NCBI GenBank assembly: GCA_965223345.1
Contig: CBDCWG010000012.1
Span: forward strand, 1,376,001-1,440,000
DNA from: Nitrospinales bacterium
GTDB lineage: Bacteria > Nitrospinota > Nitrospinia > Nitrospinales > VA-1
Direction of reading: 5' to 3'
Length of the DNA stretch: 64,000 bases
Shown here: positions 9,517-19,513 of the stretch, piece by piece
How the letters are laid out: each line of letters starts with the position of its first letter
Numbering within the stretch: the stretch's first letter is position 1
Notes under the pieces: generated by a model
The model's input: only the letters and a program-made list of their open reading frames with translations
What the model was told of the DNA's origin: nothing
The model's database searches: none
Position numbers and translations under genes: made by a program

Positions 9517-10116
9517 TCACTTGAAGGGGGTCTGCTCCACTTCCGCGATGAACTTTTCCGCGAATTCCGCAACCGAAGAGGGCCCCTTGCCGGTGATGAT
9601 GCGCTCGTAGGCGGTCACTTCATCGGTGGACATCAAAACTTTCGCCTCTTCGAGCGCTTTGCGTGTGTGTTTGTCGTCGGCGACGGCGACTTCCACCTCG
9701 TCCAGCAGCCCCGCCTTGGAAAGACAGGGTACCGCCGTCCCCACCGCGCCGATCACCATGTTGCTGCGGTAGCGGTCCGAGATCAGAAGCCGGACCAGAT
9801 CGTCCTTCCACAGATGCGACCGGGCTCCCCGGCCGCCGACCAGTACCACACCGTGAAACACTCCCTTGACCTGACGCGTGCCGCGGCCTCCGGCCACGTA
9901 GCTGTCGCCGATGATGCCTTCGATGGCGTCCACAATGAGAAAGTTCGGCATCTGGCGTCCGGTCTTCATCCCCACCGCCTCTTTCATTTTTGCGGAGGCG
10001 ACGTAGGTTTCCGCTTCCTCGTCCTGCATCGCTTGTAAAAGCGGGTCGAGGATGTCCTCGTCGTAATGATCCTTGGGGATGATGAACAGTATGTTTTTTC
10101 CGGTCAACCGCGCCAT
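9517..10116 (-). CDS. DJ-1/PfpI family protein, nucleophile Cys apparently absent
   Basis: GKNILFII, VVLVGGRGA, AGLL, IITGKGP. Confidence 0.8.
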   Translation of the reverse strand: MARLTGKNILFIIPKDHYDEDILDPLLQAMQDEEAETYVASAKMKEAVGMKTGRQMPNFLIVDAIEGIIGDSYVAGGRGTRQVKGVFHGVVLVGGRGARSHLWKDDLVRLLISDRYRSNMVIGAVGTAVPCLSKAGLLDEVEVAVADDKHTRKALEEAKVLMSTDEVTAYERIITGKGPSSVAEFAEKFIAEVEQTPFK

Positions 10117-10324
10117 GATGGGGCTTCTCCTTTTGACATCCCGCGCGCGTGCGGAGCGCGCAGGTGTGACTTTGTGTCGATTGCGATCATTCTAGCATAT
10201 TCGCTTGGGCGGGCGGTCTCTGCGGCAGGGGCAAAAGCCCCTGCCGCACATCGGGATAGCGATGGCATCGCCGAAAAGGATTCCCTCAAGGGAAGGCGGG
10301 AAAGGACTTCCCGCCTGAGTGCGG

Positions 10325-11554
10325 TCAATTGTGATGTCCGTTGCCGCCGAGCGTTTCGGAGGTGGCCGGCATCAGACTTTCCAGGGAAAAATTGCCGCGG
10401 ACTTCTTCGTAGTCGTCGAACCAGAACGCCTCGGGATTCCGGTTGAACACCAGAAAGCGCGAGAAGTTTTCTTCGTCAGCGGCCCGGTTGTATTTGAAGA
10501 AAATCTGGGTGGGCGTCATGCCGACCACCTCGATTTTCCCCGACTCGTGCGACATGACCAGGCGGGCGCGCTTGGCCAGGCCGGAACCGCGGGTGCGGGC
10601 GTGTTCGAATATTTTGTATCCCTCTTCCACAGGAACGGAGTAGGCCCCGTTGCCCAGGGTGGGCCGGCACAGGAACACGTAATAGGGCGGCACCCCGATG
10701 AAGGAAAGTTTGCGGAACAAATCGCCCAGCACTTTGGGATTGTCGTTGACGCCGCGGATCAAAGGCGTCTGATTGACCAGGATGGCGCCCGCTTTCATCA
10801 GCAGGTTGAGGCCCTCGATGGCTTCCGGCGTCAATTCCCGCGGATGGTTGAAATGGGCCATGACGTAGATTTTCTTCTCGTCGGTGCTGTAGGTGCGGAT
10901 CATGTCCAGCAGAGAGGGGTCGTTGATGATGCGGAAGGGGTTGAAGGCGGGGATCTTCGTGCCGATGCGGATGATCTGCACGTGGTCGATTTCCCGTACC
11001 TGACGGATGATCGGTTCCAGTTTGCTGGTGGACATGATCAACGGATCGCCGCCGGTCAGCAGCACGTTGGAGACTTCCTCGTGCTCCCGGATGTACTGAA
11101 GCCCCTCGCTGATGTCTTTCGTTACCTCGTCGTTCTCATCCATGAACAGCCGCTTGCGGAAGCAGAACCGGCAATAGGCGGCGCACACTTCATTGACCAG
11201 AAGCAGAGCCGTGGACGTGTATTTGTGTTCCAGCCCGTGGACCTTCGTGTATTTTTCCTCGTTTGAGGCGTCCAGCCGACCCCATTCATCGAGTTCCTGC
11301 ACTTCCGGAATCACGATCTTGCGTATGGGATCTTCCGGGTCGTCCCAGTCGATCAGGGATTGGTAATAATCGTTGGTCCTGAAAACGAACTTGTCGTTGA
11401 CAGGGGCGAGCTTTTCTTTATCCGCCTCGCTCAATTCGGGAATCTGGTCGAGCTTGGTCAGGTATTTGGCTTTTTTAGCGGTTTCCCCGGTCTGCTTCTT
11501 GGGGTCGTCTTTTTTATTTTTATTTTTTGTAAAAAAATTGATGGGCATATCCAT
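10325..11554 (-). CDS. KamA family radical SAM protein (lysine 2,3-aminomutase-like)
   Basis: GLEHKY, CAAYCRFCFRKR, LLTGGDPL, HFNHPRE, NQTPLIRGVND; RBS GGAGG. Confidence 0.92.
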   Translation of the reverse strand: MDMPINFFTKNKNKKDDPKKQTGETAKKAKYLTKLDQIPELSEADKEKLAPVNDKFVFRTNDYYQSLIDWDDPEDPIRKIVIPEVQELDEWGRLDASNEEKYTKVHGLEHKYTSTALLLVNEVCAAYCRFCFRKRLFMDENDEVTKDISEGLQYIREHEEVSNVLLTGGDPLIMSTSKLEPIIRQVREIDHVQIIRIGTKIPAFNPFRIINDPSLLDMIRTYSTDEKKIYVMAHFNHPRELTPEAIEGLNLLMKAGAILVNQTPLIRGVNDNPKVLGDLFRKLSFIGVPPYYVFLCRPTLGNGAYSVPVEEGYKIFEHARTRGSGLAKRARLVMSHESGKIEVVGMTPTQIFFKYNRAADEENFSRFLVFNRNPEAFWFDDYEEVRGNFSLESLMPATSETLGGNGHHN

Positions 11555-11888
11555 GGTTCACCTCCTCTCCAGATCTCCGAACTTTACAGAGACAGGTTGG
11601 GAATCAATCCGTGAAGGCTGCTATTCAAGGGCAAAACTATCCCTGGAACCGGTGCGCCGATCCTCCTTTTGCGCCCTCAATGCAGGAGATTTGTAAAAGT
11701 GCGACCTGGGTTCGCTGACTGTCCGGGGTTTGGGATCTCGTTTCGGGGGCTGCATCTCCGTCTGTTTCGTTGTCGCCCCGAACCCGGCCCGTTTCCCCAA
11801 CTCCCAAGTGCGTGTTTGCCCGGCCTGTAAGCCTCGATAAAGGCTTAAGAAGTTGAAAAAAAATGGTTTATGGTTTGGATATTAGCAG

Positions 11889-11917
11889 AGTATACAGAAG
11901 TGTAGATGCCCGTGCAA
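11889..11917 (-). promoter_or_regulatory. Sigma70-type promoter about 330 nt upstream of the KamA-family gene
   Basis: TTGCAC-N17-TATACT on the minus strand. Confidence 0.55.
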
Positions 11918-12404
11918 GCGAAAAGGATTTTTTAAATCCCGATCACCCGGCCGCGTGAAATAGGAAATTCTCTAACTTTCTGATTATTAAAAATTTATTT
12001 TCCCGTTGCGGGATCGTTGCTCAGGGGTTGCGTTTGCGTCCGGACGGGTTTGCGGCAAGGGGAGATGCAGCAGGCTTTAATGAATTCAAGGAGTTCGGTA
12101 TGAGGTGGGAAAATTTCATTGACAGCCTTTTTGGATCGACTATAATGCGAGGCTCCTTTTTCATGTTCAATCGTGACGCAGCCTTGGTGGCAGGGCTTTT
12201 TTTACATTTTTTAAGATGGAGGACGAGAAATTCGTTCGAAGGATAGCCGCTTCGGCAATTCGATCTCACCGGCACCTCAAGTTTCAATCCGAAACAACGA
12301 TAATCTAACAATGACGTTTTCGCGGTTTTCAACGCGTGAATTTTGTTTCAAGGGATGTAGGCAACTCACTTAAAATTTGAATGTTTCAGGAAGGAGAATT
12401 GTAA

Positions 12405-12839
12405 ATGAAAAAGATCGCGGTTTTAGCAGTATTGGCAGTGTTCAGTTTCTTCGTCGTCAGTTCCGCATATGCGGGAGGGGAATGTCCCCAGCCTCGGAAA
12501 ACCAAGGCCGCTCCTTCCAGCACTGCCAAAATGGATAAAACGGGAAAAGCCAATGCCGACAACGGCAAAAAGATTTATGACAAAACCGCAAAGCCGATGG
12601 CCTGCAAAATGTGTCATGGCGACAAGGGCGATGGAACCGGCAAACTCGGCGCTGCTCTGAAGCCGAAGCCGCGGAACTTCACCTGTAAAGACACCATGAA
12701 AGACGTTTCTCCCGGCCAGATGTTCCACGTCATCAAAAACGGCTCCGCCGGAACCGGCATGGTGGCACACGGCAAGACTCTGAAAGACAGCGAAATCTGG
12801 GATGTGGTCAAATACATCCAGAGCACGTTCAATAAGTAA
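12405..12839 (+). CDS. Monoheme periplasmic cytochrome c, Lys-rich
   Basis: Signal peptide (AYA), CKMCH, PRNFT, GTGM distal Met; RBS AAGGAG. Confidence 0.93.
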   Translation: MKKIAVLAVLAVFSFFVVSSAYAGGECPQPRKTKAAPSSTAKMDKTGKANADNGKKIYDKTAKPMACKMCHGDKGDGTGKLGAALKPKPRNFTCKDTMKDVSPGQMFHVIKNGSAGTGMVAHGKTLKDSEIWDVVKYIQSTFNK

Positions 12840-12866
12840 GCCGTCTTTCAAGCAACGCGTTATTCG

Positions 12867-12897
12867 GGCAGGCCCCTTACGGGGCCTGCCTTTTTTT
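12867..12897 (+). terminator. Rho-independent terminator
   Basis: GGCAGGCCCC-ttac-GGGGCCTGCC followed by T7. Confidence 0.9.
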
Positions 12898-12926
12898 GTG
12901 CCGCAAACTCCGGTGACGAGGGCATA

Positions 12927-13889
12927 ATGGTCCCGGTTGAACCGGAATGTCCATCCTCAAGATACGGGAGTGCGTTTTTGCGGCGGCTCGTTTCCCATTC
13001 TTTATATTTATCCTGCCTCGCGTTCTGGGCGTCGCTGTGGATCCCGGTGGTACCGGTTTGCGCCGAAGCGGCGAAGCTCGGCAGCAAGGCGCGTCCCCTC
13101 ACCATGATGTTCGTGCCGTCCGGCGACAGTCAGGTGATCCTGCAGGGCGGACAAAAAATCGCCGCGCTGCTCAGCAAATCGACCGGGCTGCATTTTAAAA
13201 CTTCCGTCGCCACCAGCTACGCCGCGGTCATCGAAGCCATGGGGGCCGGCAAGGTGGACATCGGCTGGCTCGCGACGTTCAGCTATGTGCTGGCCAGGGA
13301 AAAATACGGCGCCAAACTGCTGCTGATCGTGATGCGTTTCGGCAGCCCGTTTTACCGCGGCCAGATCATGGTGCGCGCCGACAGCGGCATCGAAACGCTG
13401 GCGGACCTGAAGGGCAAATCCTTCGCCTTCGTCGATCCCGCCTCGACCTCCGGCCACCTGTATCCCAAATCCCTGCTGCTCGATCAGGGCCACAACCCCG
13501 ATACGTTTTTCTCGAAGACGGTGTTCGCCGGTTCCCACAACGCGGTGTTGCTGTCGTTGCTCAAGGGCGAGGTGGACGGTGGCGCGGCGTACGACGGATC
13601 GCGGGCGGCGGTGGCCAAAAGTTTTCCCGACGTGTTCAAGAAGGTGCGGGTGATCGCCTACACGAAGAACATCCCCAACGACACGGTGACCGTGCGCAAG
13701 GGGCTGCCGCCGGCGATCGAGGAAACCATCAGGGAGGGGTTGAAGCATCTGGCAAAAACACCCGAGGGCGGCAAGGTGCTCAAGCAGGTGTACGGCATCA
13801 CCGGGCTTTTGGATCTCGACGGTTTTTTCGATCCGGTCCGGGAAGCGGGCCGGCTGCTCGGTCTGGATCTGGACAAGCTCAGCCGCTGA
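12927..13889 (+). CDS. phnD: Phosphate/phosphite/phosphonate ABC transporter substrate-binding protein (start uncertain)
   Basis: SYAAVIEAM, DPASTSGHLYP, GSHNA and IPND motifs. Confidence 0.85.
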   Translation: MVPVEPECPSSRYGSAFLRRLVSHSLYLSCLAFWASLWIPVVPVCAEAAKLGSKARPLTMMFVPSGDSQVILQGGQKIAALLSKSTGLHFKTSVATSYAAVIEAMGAGKVDIGWLATFSYVLAREKYGAKLLLIVMRFGSPFYRGQIMVRADSGIETLADLKGKSFAFVDPASTSGHLYPKSLLLDQGHNPDTFFSKTVFAGSHNAVLLSLLKGEVDGGAAYDGSRAAVAKSFPDVFKKVRVIAYTKNIPNDTVTVRKGLPPAIEETIREGLKHLAKTPEGGKVLKQVYGITGLLDLDGFFDPVREAGRLLGLDLDKLSR

Positions 13890-13916
13890 ACGGTTTGTTG
13901 TGTTCAACGCTTTCTT

Positions 13917-13965
13917 GTCATGCTGAGCCTGTCGAAGCATGGCCCTTCGGCAGGCTCAGGGTGAC
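13917..13965. repeat. REP-like inverted pair, copy 1
   Basis: GTCATGCTGAGCCTGTCGAAG...CTTCGGCAGGCTCAGGGTGAC; second copy at 19406-19486. Confidence 0.8.
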
Positions 13966-14007
13966 CGTCATCTTCACTCTATAACTATAAAAAATCCGGG
14001 AGGCTGC

Positions 14008-14745
14008 ATGCTGCGCGTCGAAAACCTGGTGAAAACCTATGCGGACGGCACCCGGGCGCTCAAGGGGGTTTCGCTTAAAATCGAGCGCGGGGAGTTCGTC
14101 GCGGTGCTGGGACAGAGCGGATCGGGAAAATCCACGCTGCTGCGCTGCCTCAACCGTCTGGTCGAGCCGACCCGCGGCCGGATCTATTTCGACGATGTGG
14201 ACGTCACCGCGGCTTCGGCGAAGGAATTGCGGGCCTTGAGAAGACGCATGGGCATGATCTTCCAGCAGTACAACCTGGTGAACCGCGCCTCGGTGTTGAC
14301 AAACGCGCTCACCGGCAGCCTCGGCGCCGTGTCTTCCTGGGCGGGGCTGATGAATCGTTTTCCGCAGGATGCGGTGACGCGGGCCGAGCGGCATCTTGCG
14401 GAACTGGGCATCGCCGACAAAGCCGCGCAGCGCGCATCGGCCTTGAGCGGCGGCCAGCAGCAGCGGGTGGGGATCGCGCGGGCGCTCATGCAGGAGCCGG
14501 AGCTGATCCTGGCCGATGAGCCGGTCTCCAGCCTCGATCCCGCGACGGCGCGCACCATCCTCGATATTTTAAAAGACATCAACCAGACGCGGCGCGTGAG
14601 CGTGCTCTGCAACCTGCATCTGCCGGAGCTGGCCAAGGACTACGGCAGCCGCATCCTGGCGCTGGCCTCAGGAAAGCTGGTCTACGACGGCCCGCCCGAG
14701 GGGCTGGATGCGGAGGTTTTGCAGCGGATTTACAATGGGGAGTGA
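14008..14745 (+). CDS. phnC: Phosphonate ABC transporter ATP-binding protein
   Basis: [54 protein letters not shown]. Confidence 0.9.
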   Translation: MLRVENLVKTYADGTRALKGVSLKIERGEFVAVLGQSGSGKSTLLRCLNRLVEPTRGRIYFDDVDVTAASAKELRALRRRMGMIFQQYNLVNRASVLTNALTGSLGAVSSWAGLMNRFPQDAVTRAERHLAELGIADKAAQRASALSGGQQQRVGIARALMQEPELILADEPVSSLDPATARTILDILKDINQTRRVSVLCNLHLPELAKDYGSRILALASGKLVYDGPPEGLDAEVLQRIYNGE

Positions 14746-14931
14746 ATCCCGGGTTTTCCCTGCAATTTCGAGCCTAGAAGCGGGGGCGGCAAAACCCCTG
14801 AAAATCCCCCGGTTTCGGAACTCCGGAGGGGAAAATCGCGTTTTGTGGGCTGGCAAAGTGTGTTAGGGTAAAATTAAGGCCTCGAGCGCCGGATCGAGCA
14901 CTGAGATCACACCATGAAAAGGGAGTGAAAA

Positions 14932-15435
14932 ATGGCTAACAAACGGGCCATCCTGCTTTTCACACTGTGTTTTTTCAAGGTGAGCGTGTTCGCGGTCGCT
15001 GTGAAGGCGGACCCCTTGCAAAAGCCGAATCCGCAAGTGAAATCCCACGATTCCGCGATTCCCAAGGAACCGGGGTGGAAAGATCCCTCCTACCGCGGCT
15101 GGGAGGTGATGAACATCCCCGGTCTCATCTCGACCTATTACGATCTGGATTCGGACGGCAACCTGGACTACATGGTCATCCGCAAGATCCTGCGCAAAGC
15201 CTCTTCCGAAGAGGTGAGCATCGAGCAGGCCATTGCCATTGCAAAGCACGACTCGATGAGCGTATACTTTTCCAATCCAGTCATTTATTTCACCCACCGG
15301 AATCCTTTGTTTTACTGTCTGGGGGTGGACTTCAGGAAAAACTGCCGCGATATCTGGGTGGATATCGCCGAAGATGGTTTGAATGGAAACGAACAGCTTT
15401 ACACGTTATCGACACCGCTGCCGAATGTCCGCTAA
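14932..15435 (+). CDS. Hypothetical exported protein
   Basis: RBS GGAG, signal-peptide-like N-terminus, DLDSDGNLD Ca-loop-like motif. Confidence 0.7.
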   Translation: MANKRAILLFTLCFFKVSVFAVAVKADPLQKPNPQVKSHDSAIPKEPGWKDPSYRGWEVMNIPGLISTYYDLDSDGNLDYMVIRKILRKASSEEVSIEQAIAIAKHDSMSVYFSNPVIYFTHRNPLFYCLGVDFRKNCRDIWVDIAEDGLNGNEQLYTLSTPLPNVR

Positions 15436-17017
15436 AGCGGCATGGGCCGCGTCTCTGGTTTCCGCAGCGTTTCTGCTGACGGCCGCGGCGCCGGCTTTCG
15501 CGCACTCGAAAAACCGCGCTCCCGGCGTCTTCGAAACGTCGCCCCCGAAAAGCGAGGCGTCGTCCTCGGTCCACAGCCATTCGCACAGCCACCAGGCCGC
15601 CGCCGGTCAAACGCTGGGGGAAACCGTCTACAAGCACATGTGCGTGTTCTGCCACGGCCACGACGGCAACGGCGGCGGAAAGGCCATGGCCTATCTGTAT
15701 CCCTGGCCGCGGGATTTCAGAAAAGGTGTGTTCAAGCACCGTTCGACTCCCAGCGGGTCGCTGCCGCTCGATGAAGACATCGTGCAGACCATCCAGCGCG
15801 GCGTTCCGGGAACCTCGATGCCGGCCTGGGGCAACGCCCTGTCGGAAGAAGAAACCCGCTCGGTGGTCGAGTACATCAAAAAATTTTCCAAACGCTTCGA
15901 GACCGAAAAAGTGAAGCCGCCGATCGTCGTCAAGGCGGTGCCCGAAAGCACCGGCGAAGCGATCGCCAAGGGCAAGGCTTTGTATGAGGAGTTGCGCTGC
16001 GCCCGCTGTCACGGCAGCGATCTCAAGGGCGGCGGGGCGCTCGCGGACGAATTGTACGATATCTGGGACCACCGGGTGTTCGTCTACGATCTGACCAACC
16101 CGAATACGTTCAAGTTCGGCCGGGAAAAGAAGGACATTTACATGACGCTCTCGACGGGCCTCGACGGCACGCCGATGAAATCCTACAGCCATCTCACCGA
16201 AGAGGAACGCTGGAACCTTTCTGCGTTCGTCAAATCCAAGGTGCGTGAAGAAGCGTTGCAGCCTGCGAAGTACGAAACCGACCTGACCACCAAGCTGATC
16301 GAAGGCGAGATCGACCTCGACCCGGACAACCCGTTGTGGAACGAGGTGCCGGTGCAGGTGGTGCACACGCTGCCTCTGAGCGCCCGCAGCAATCCGGTGA
16401 ACCGGATCCAGTTTCAGTCGGTGGTGAACGATGAGGGCATCGCGTTTCGTCTGATCTGGGACGACCCCGCACCCGACCGCACTTCCAGCCGGCATCAGGA
16501 TTTCAAGGACGCGATCGCGCTGGAGTTTGCGCTCGGCGACGTGCTGCTGCACGAGCACGGACACAACGAGCCCTTCTTCGGAATGGGGAACCGCGGCAAA
16601 GTGGTCAACATCTGGCAGTGGCGCGCGGATTGGCAGACCGAAATCGAAACGCGGGAAAAATTGGAATACGCCACCAAGGGCATGGATCTGGACACGATGA
16701 TCTTCGGCGGAGAGGTGAATCCGGTGGACGCGCTCAATCCGTTCCGGGATGTTCCGGTGGAGGAGATGAACGCGGAAGGGTTTGGCACCTTGACACCGCA
16801 GCCCCAAACCAAGCAGAATATCCTTGGCAAGGGGCGGTGGGAAGACGGCACCTGGAAGGTCGTCTTTTACCGGACTCTGGAATCGCTCAACAAATGGGAT
16901 GTGAAGTTCGGCAACGATCAGCCCGTGCTGGTGGCGTTCGCCGTGTGGGACGGGGCGCATCAGGATCGCAACGGCCGCAAGGTGATTTCCATGTGGCAGC
17001 GCCTGCACCTTCCGTGA
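15425..17017 (+). CDS. Diheme cytochrome c fused to an ethylbenzene-dehydrogenase-gamma-like (EB_dh) domain
   Basis: Signal peptide; CVFCH and CARCH; C-terminal WDD..FKDAIALEF..MG..VNIWQWRADWQ..VAFAVWDG..RNGRK. Confidence 0.85.
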   Translation: MSAKAAWAASLVSAAFLLTAAAPAFAHSKNRAPGVFETSPPKSEASSSVHSHSHSHQAAAGQTLGETVYKHMCVFCHGHDGNGGGKAMAYLYPWPRDFRKGVFKHRSTPSGSLPLDEDIVQTIQRGVPGTSMPAWGNALSEEETRSVVEYIKKFSKRFETEKVKPPIVVKAVPESTGEAIAKGKALYEELRCARCHGSDLKGGGALADELYDIWDHRVFVYDLTNPNTFKFGREKKDIYMTLSTGLDGTPMKSYSHLTEEERWNLSAFVKSKVREEALQPAKYETDLTTKLIEGEIDLDPDNPLWNEVPVQVVHTLPLSARSNPVNRIQFQSVVNDEGIAFRLIWDDPAPDRTSSRHQDFKDAIALEFALGDVLLHEHGHNEPFFGMGNRGKVVNIWQWRADWQTEIETREKLEYATKGMDLDTMIFGGEVNPVDALNPFRDVPVEEMNAEGFGTLTPQPQTKQNILGKGRWEDGTWKVVFYRTLESLNKWDVKFGNDQPVLVAFAVWDGAHQDRNGRKVISMWQRLHLP

Positions 17018-17133
17018 CGGTATTTTCATCGCGGGCTTTTTGATCGGGACGCTGATAACGATTTGATTTTTCAGCCGCGGAGCATGCACGCCCGCGGCGA
17101 ATTCTTTTTCTCATACATTTAGGAGGACGTCTC

Positions 17134-18765
17134 ATGTCCGAAGACAAAAGAGACAATGAAGAGGAGCGGGAAGAGGCCACCGAGGTGGCGCATTCCCAGG
17201 GGCCAAACGGCGATGGAGACCAGAACGCCTTGGTCGAATCCGATGAGGACATGGAGGTCGATGAGTTCGAGGAAGACGAGGACGAGGTCGATGAGCTGGA
17301 AGAGGTCGAACAGGAAGAGGAGAAGGAGGTCGGCGCCTGCCTGGTGATCGGCCAGGGCGACTTTTCCATGTGTGAGTCCAACCGCGGGGCCGACGACCCG
17401 GGCGACAACACGCTGTCGGAACCCCAGTTCGTCCACAAATACGGCGAGTACCTTTTCGTCTCCGACCGCGGCAACCACCGCGTGCTGGTCTGGGAACAGC
17501 CTCCCGAGGAAAACGGCGAACCGGCGAGCCTGGTGCTGGGGCAAGAGGACTTCGCGGACTTTCTGGAAAACCGCGGCATGACCACGACGCTGGACGAGAT
17601 GACCTCCGGTCTCGGCGACGAATCCCTCGACGGGTTCACGATCAGCAAATCGGAAGAAGACACCCTGTCGCAGCCGGCCGGCATCGACGTCATCAACGGC
17701 AAGCTGTACGTTGTGGACAGCGGCAACCACCGCGCGCTGCGCTGGCCGGGCCTGCCTTCGGAAGACGGCGAACCGCCGATCCTGGTGTTCGGCCAGGACA
17801 ACTTGGACGACAACGAAGCCAACCGGCGCGGCCTCATCGGTTCCGGCTCGCTGTTTTTCCCGATGGGCATCCATTCCGGCGACGACCAGCACATCCTGAT
17901 CGCCGACAAGGACAACCACCGGGTGTTGATCTGGAACAAGATCCCCAACTCCAACGGCTGGAACGCGGATATCTGCCTCGGGCAGGCGGGCATGGACGAA
18001 CGCGAGCCCAACCGCGGCGAGTTCGACAACGTCGGCCCGGATACATTGAGTTTCCCGACCGGCGTGTTCTACGACGCGGCCGCCGACAAGCTGTTCGTGG
18101 TCGATCAGGGCAACCACCGCGTGCTCATCTGGAACAAACTTCCCAACGAACTGGGCAAACCGGCGGATGTGGTGATCGGGCAGAAGGATTTTCACAGCCG
18201 GGAACCCAACGCCGGGCTGGGCAGCCGCCGGCCCTGCGCCGAAGGGCTGTATTTCCCCACGCATGTGGTGTGCGGCCGGGCCGGGCTTTTCGTCTCCGAC
18301 ACGGATAACCACCGGGTTCTGTACTGGAAAGAGGTTCCCACAGAGAACGGGCAGCCCGCGGATCTGGTGCTGGGGCAGAAAACCTTTCTGGAAAACAAGG
18401 TCAACCGCAGCGGCGACGCGACCGCAAGCACGCTCAACGATCCGTTCGGACTGTTTCTGGAAGAAGACCCGGAAGACGAGTTCGACGACGAGGAAGCGGT
18501 CGTGGAGACCGGCGAAGACGGCGGAGAGGGCGAAAACAGCGAGGAGCCGCCGCCGAAATTCAAGCTGTACATCGCCGACCGCGGCAATTCCCGCATCGTC
18601 ATCTGGGATGAGCTCCCCTATCCGAAAGAAGTGGAAGAAGAGGACGAAGAGCTGGACAACGAGCTGGAAATGGACGATCCCAACGCCCTCATCGGCGAGG
18701 ACGACGAAGACGATTTCATCACCGAAGAAGAAGAGGAACCGCCCGAGGAAGTGCCTTCCGTGTGA
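17134..18765 (+). CDS. NHL-repeat beta-propeller protein with very acidic termini
   Basis: Repeated (S/A)DxxNHRVLxW...P..A..VLGQ units; RBS AGGAGG. Confidence 0.88.
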   Translation: MSEDKRDNEEEREEATEVAHSQGPNGDGDQNALVESDEDMEVDEFEEDEDEVDELEEVEQEEEKEVGACLVIGQGDFSMCESNRGADDPGDNTLSEPQFVHKYGEYLFVSDRGNHRVLVWEQPPEENGEPASLVLGQEDFADFLENRGMTTTLDEMTSGLGDESLDGFTISKSEEDTLSQPAGIDVINGKLYVVDSGNHRALRWPGLPSEDGEPPILVFGQDNLDDNEANRRGLIGSGSLFFPMGIHSGDDQHILIADKDNHRVLIWNKIPNSNGWNADICLGQAGMDEREPNRGEFDNVGPDTLSFPTGVFYDAAADKLFVVDQGNHRVLIWNKLPNELGKPADVVIGQKDFHSREPNAGLGSRRPCAEGLYFPTHVVCGRAGLFVSDTDNHRVLYWKEVPTENGQPADLVLGQKTFLENKVNRSGDATASTLNDPFGLFLEEDPEDEFDDEEAVVETGEDGGEGENSEEPPPKFKLYIADRGNSRIVIWDELPYPKEVEEEDEELDNELEMDDPNALIGEDDEDDFITEEEEEPPEEVPSV

Positions 18766-18796
18766 TAAGCGGGACCTCCGAACGATCCACCCATTG

Positions 18797-18826
18797 AGGC
18801 CTGCGGCGGCGTCCGCAGGCCTTTTT
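18797..18826 (+). terminator. Rho-independent terminator
   Basis: AGGCCTGCGG...CCGCAGGCCT followed by a T run. Confidence 0.75.
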
Positions 18827-18867
18827 CATTGCTGCCGGGGTGTTTGTCCTCCGGCTGAAGGCGGCCG

Positions 18868-19389
18868 ATGCCGAAAGTGGTCATCATTCAGGGCAGTCTG
18901 AACCAGGATTCGAAAACCGCGCTTGTGGTGCGGGAGACCGAGCGCATCCTCAAACAGAAGGGCATCGAATTCGAGACGCTCGATCTGCGCACGCTCGAGC
19001 TGGAGTTCTGCGACGGCCGGCCGCTCGATGAATACAACGCGGACATGCAGCGGGTGTACGGCCTCATGAAAACGGCGGACGGCTACATCTTCGGGATGCC
19101 CGTGTACTGCTGGTCGGTTTCCGGCGTGGTCAAAAACCTGATCGACATCACCGCTGGCGCCATGGCAAACAAGGTGGCGGGCATTCTGTGCAACGCCGGC
19201 GGCGACCGGTCGTTTCTCGCCTCCTCGGACCTGGTGAAAATCCTTTTATACGAATCGGGCGTGTTGACCGTGCATCCCACCGTCTATTCCACCGCCGAGG
19301 ATTTCGACGACGGCCGCCTGACCAACGTCAAGGTGGTGGCCAAAATCCAGGGCATGGTGGACGCCCTCTTCAAGCTGCTTCCCGCGTGA
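18868..19389 (+). CDS. NADPH-dependent FMN reductase (flavodoxin-like)
   Basis: IQGSL..SKT, PVYCWSVSGVVKNLID. Confidence 0.88.
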   Translation: MPKVVIIQGSLNQDSKTALVVRETERILKQKGIEFETLDLRTLELEFCDGRPLDEYNADMQRVYGLMKTADGYIFGMPVYCWSVSGVVKNLIDITAGAMANKVAGILCNAGGDRSFLASSDLVKILLYESGVLTVHPTVYSTAEDFDDGRLTNVKVVAKIQGMVDALFKLLPA

Positions 19390-19405
19390 AACTTTTTTTC
19401 TTCCC

Positions 19406-19486
19406 TGTCATGCTGAGCCCGTCGAAGCATGAAATTTTCTTCTTGCACTGAATGGTCCGTCGCCCTTTGACAAGCTCAGGGTGACA
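19406..19486. repeat. REP-like inverted pair, copy 2
   Basis: TGTCATGCTGAGCCCGTCGAAG...CTTTGACAAGCTCAGGGTGACA between convergent genes. Confidence 0.8.
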
Positions 19487-19513
19487 TAAAAGATCACCCT
19501 CCGCGGGACGGAT

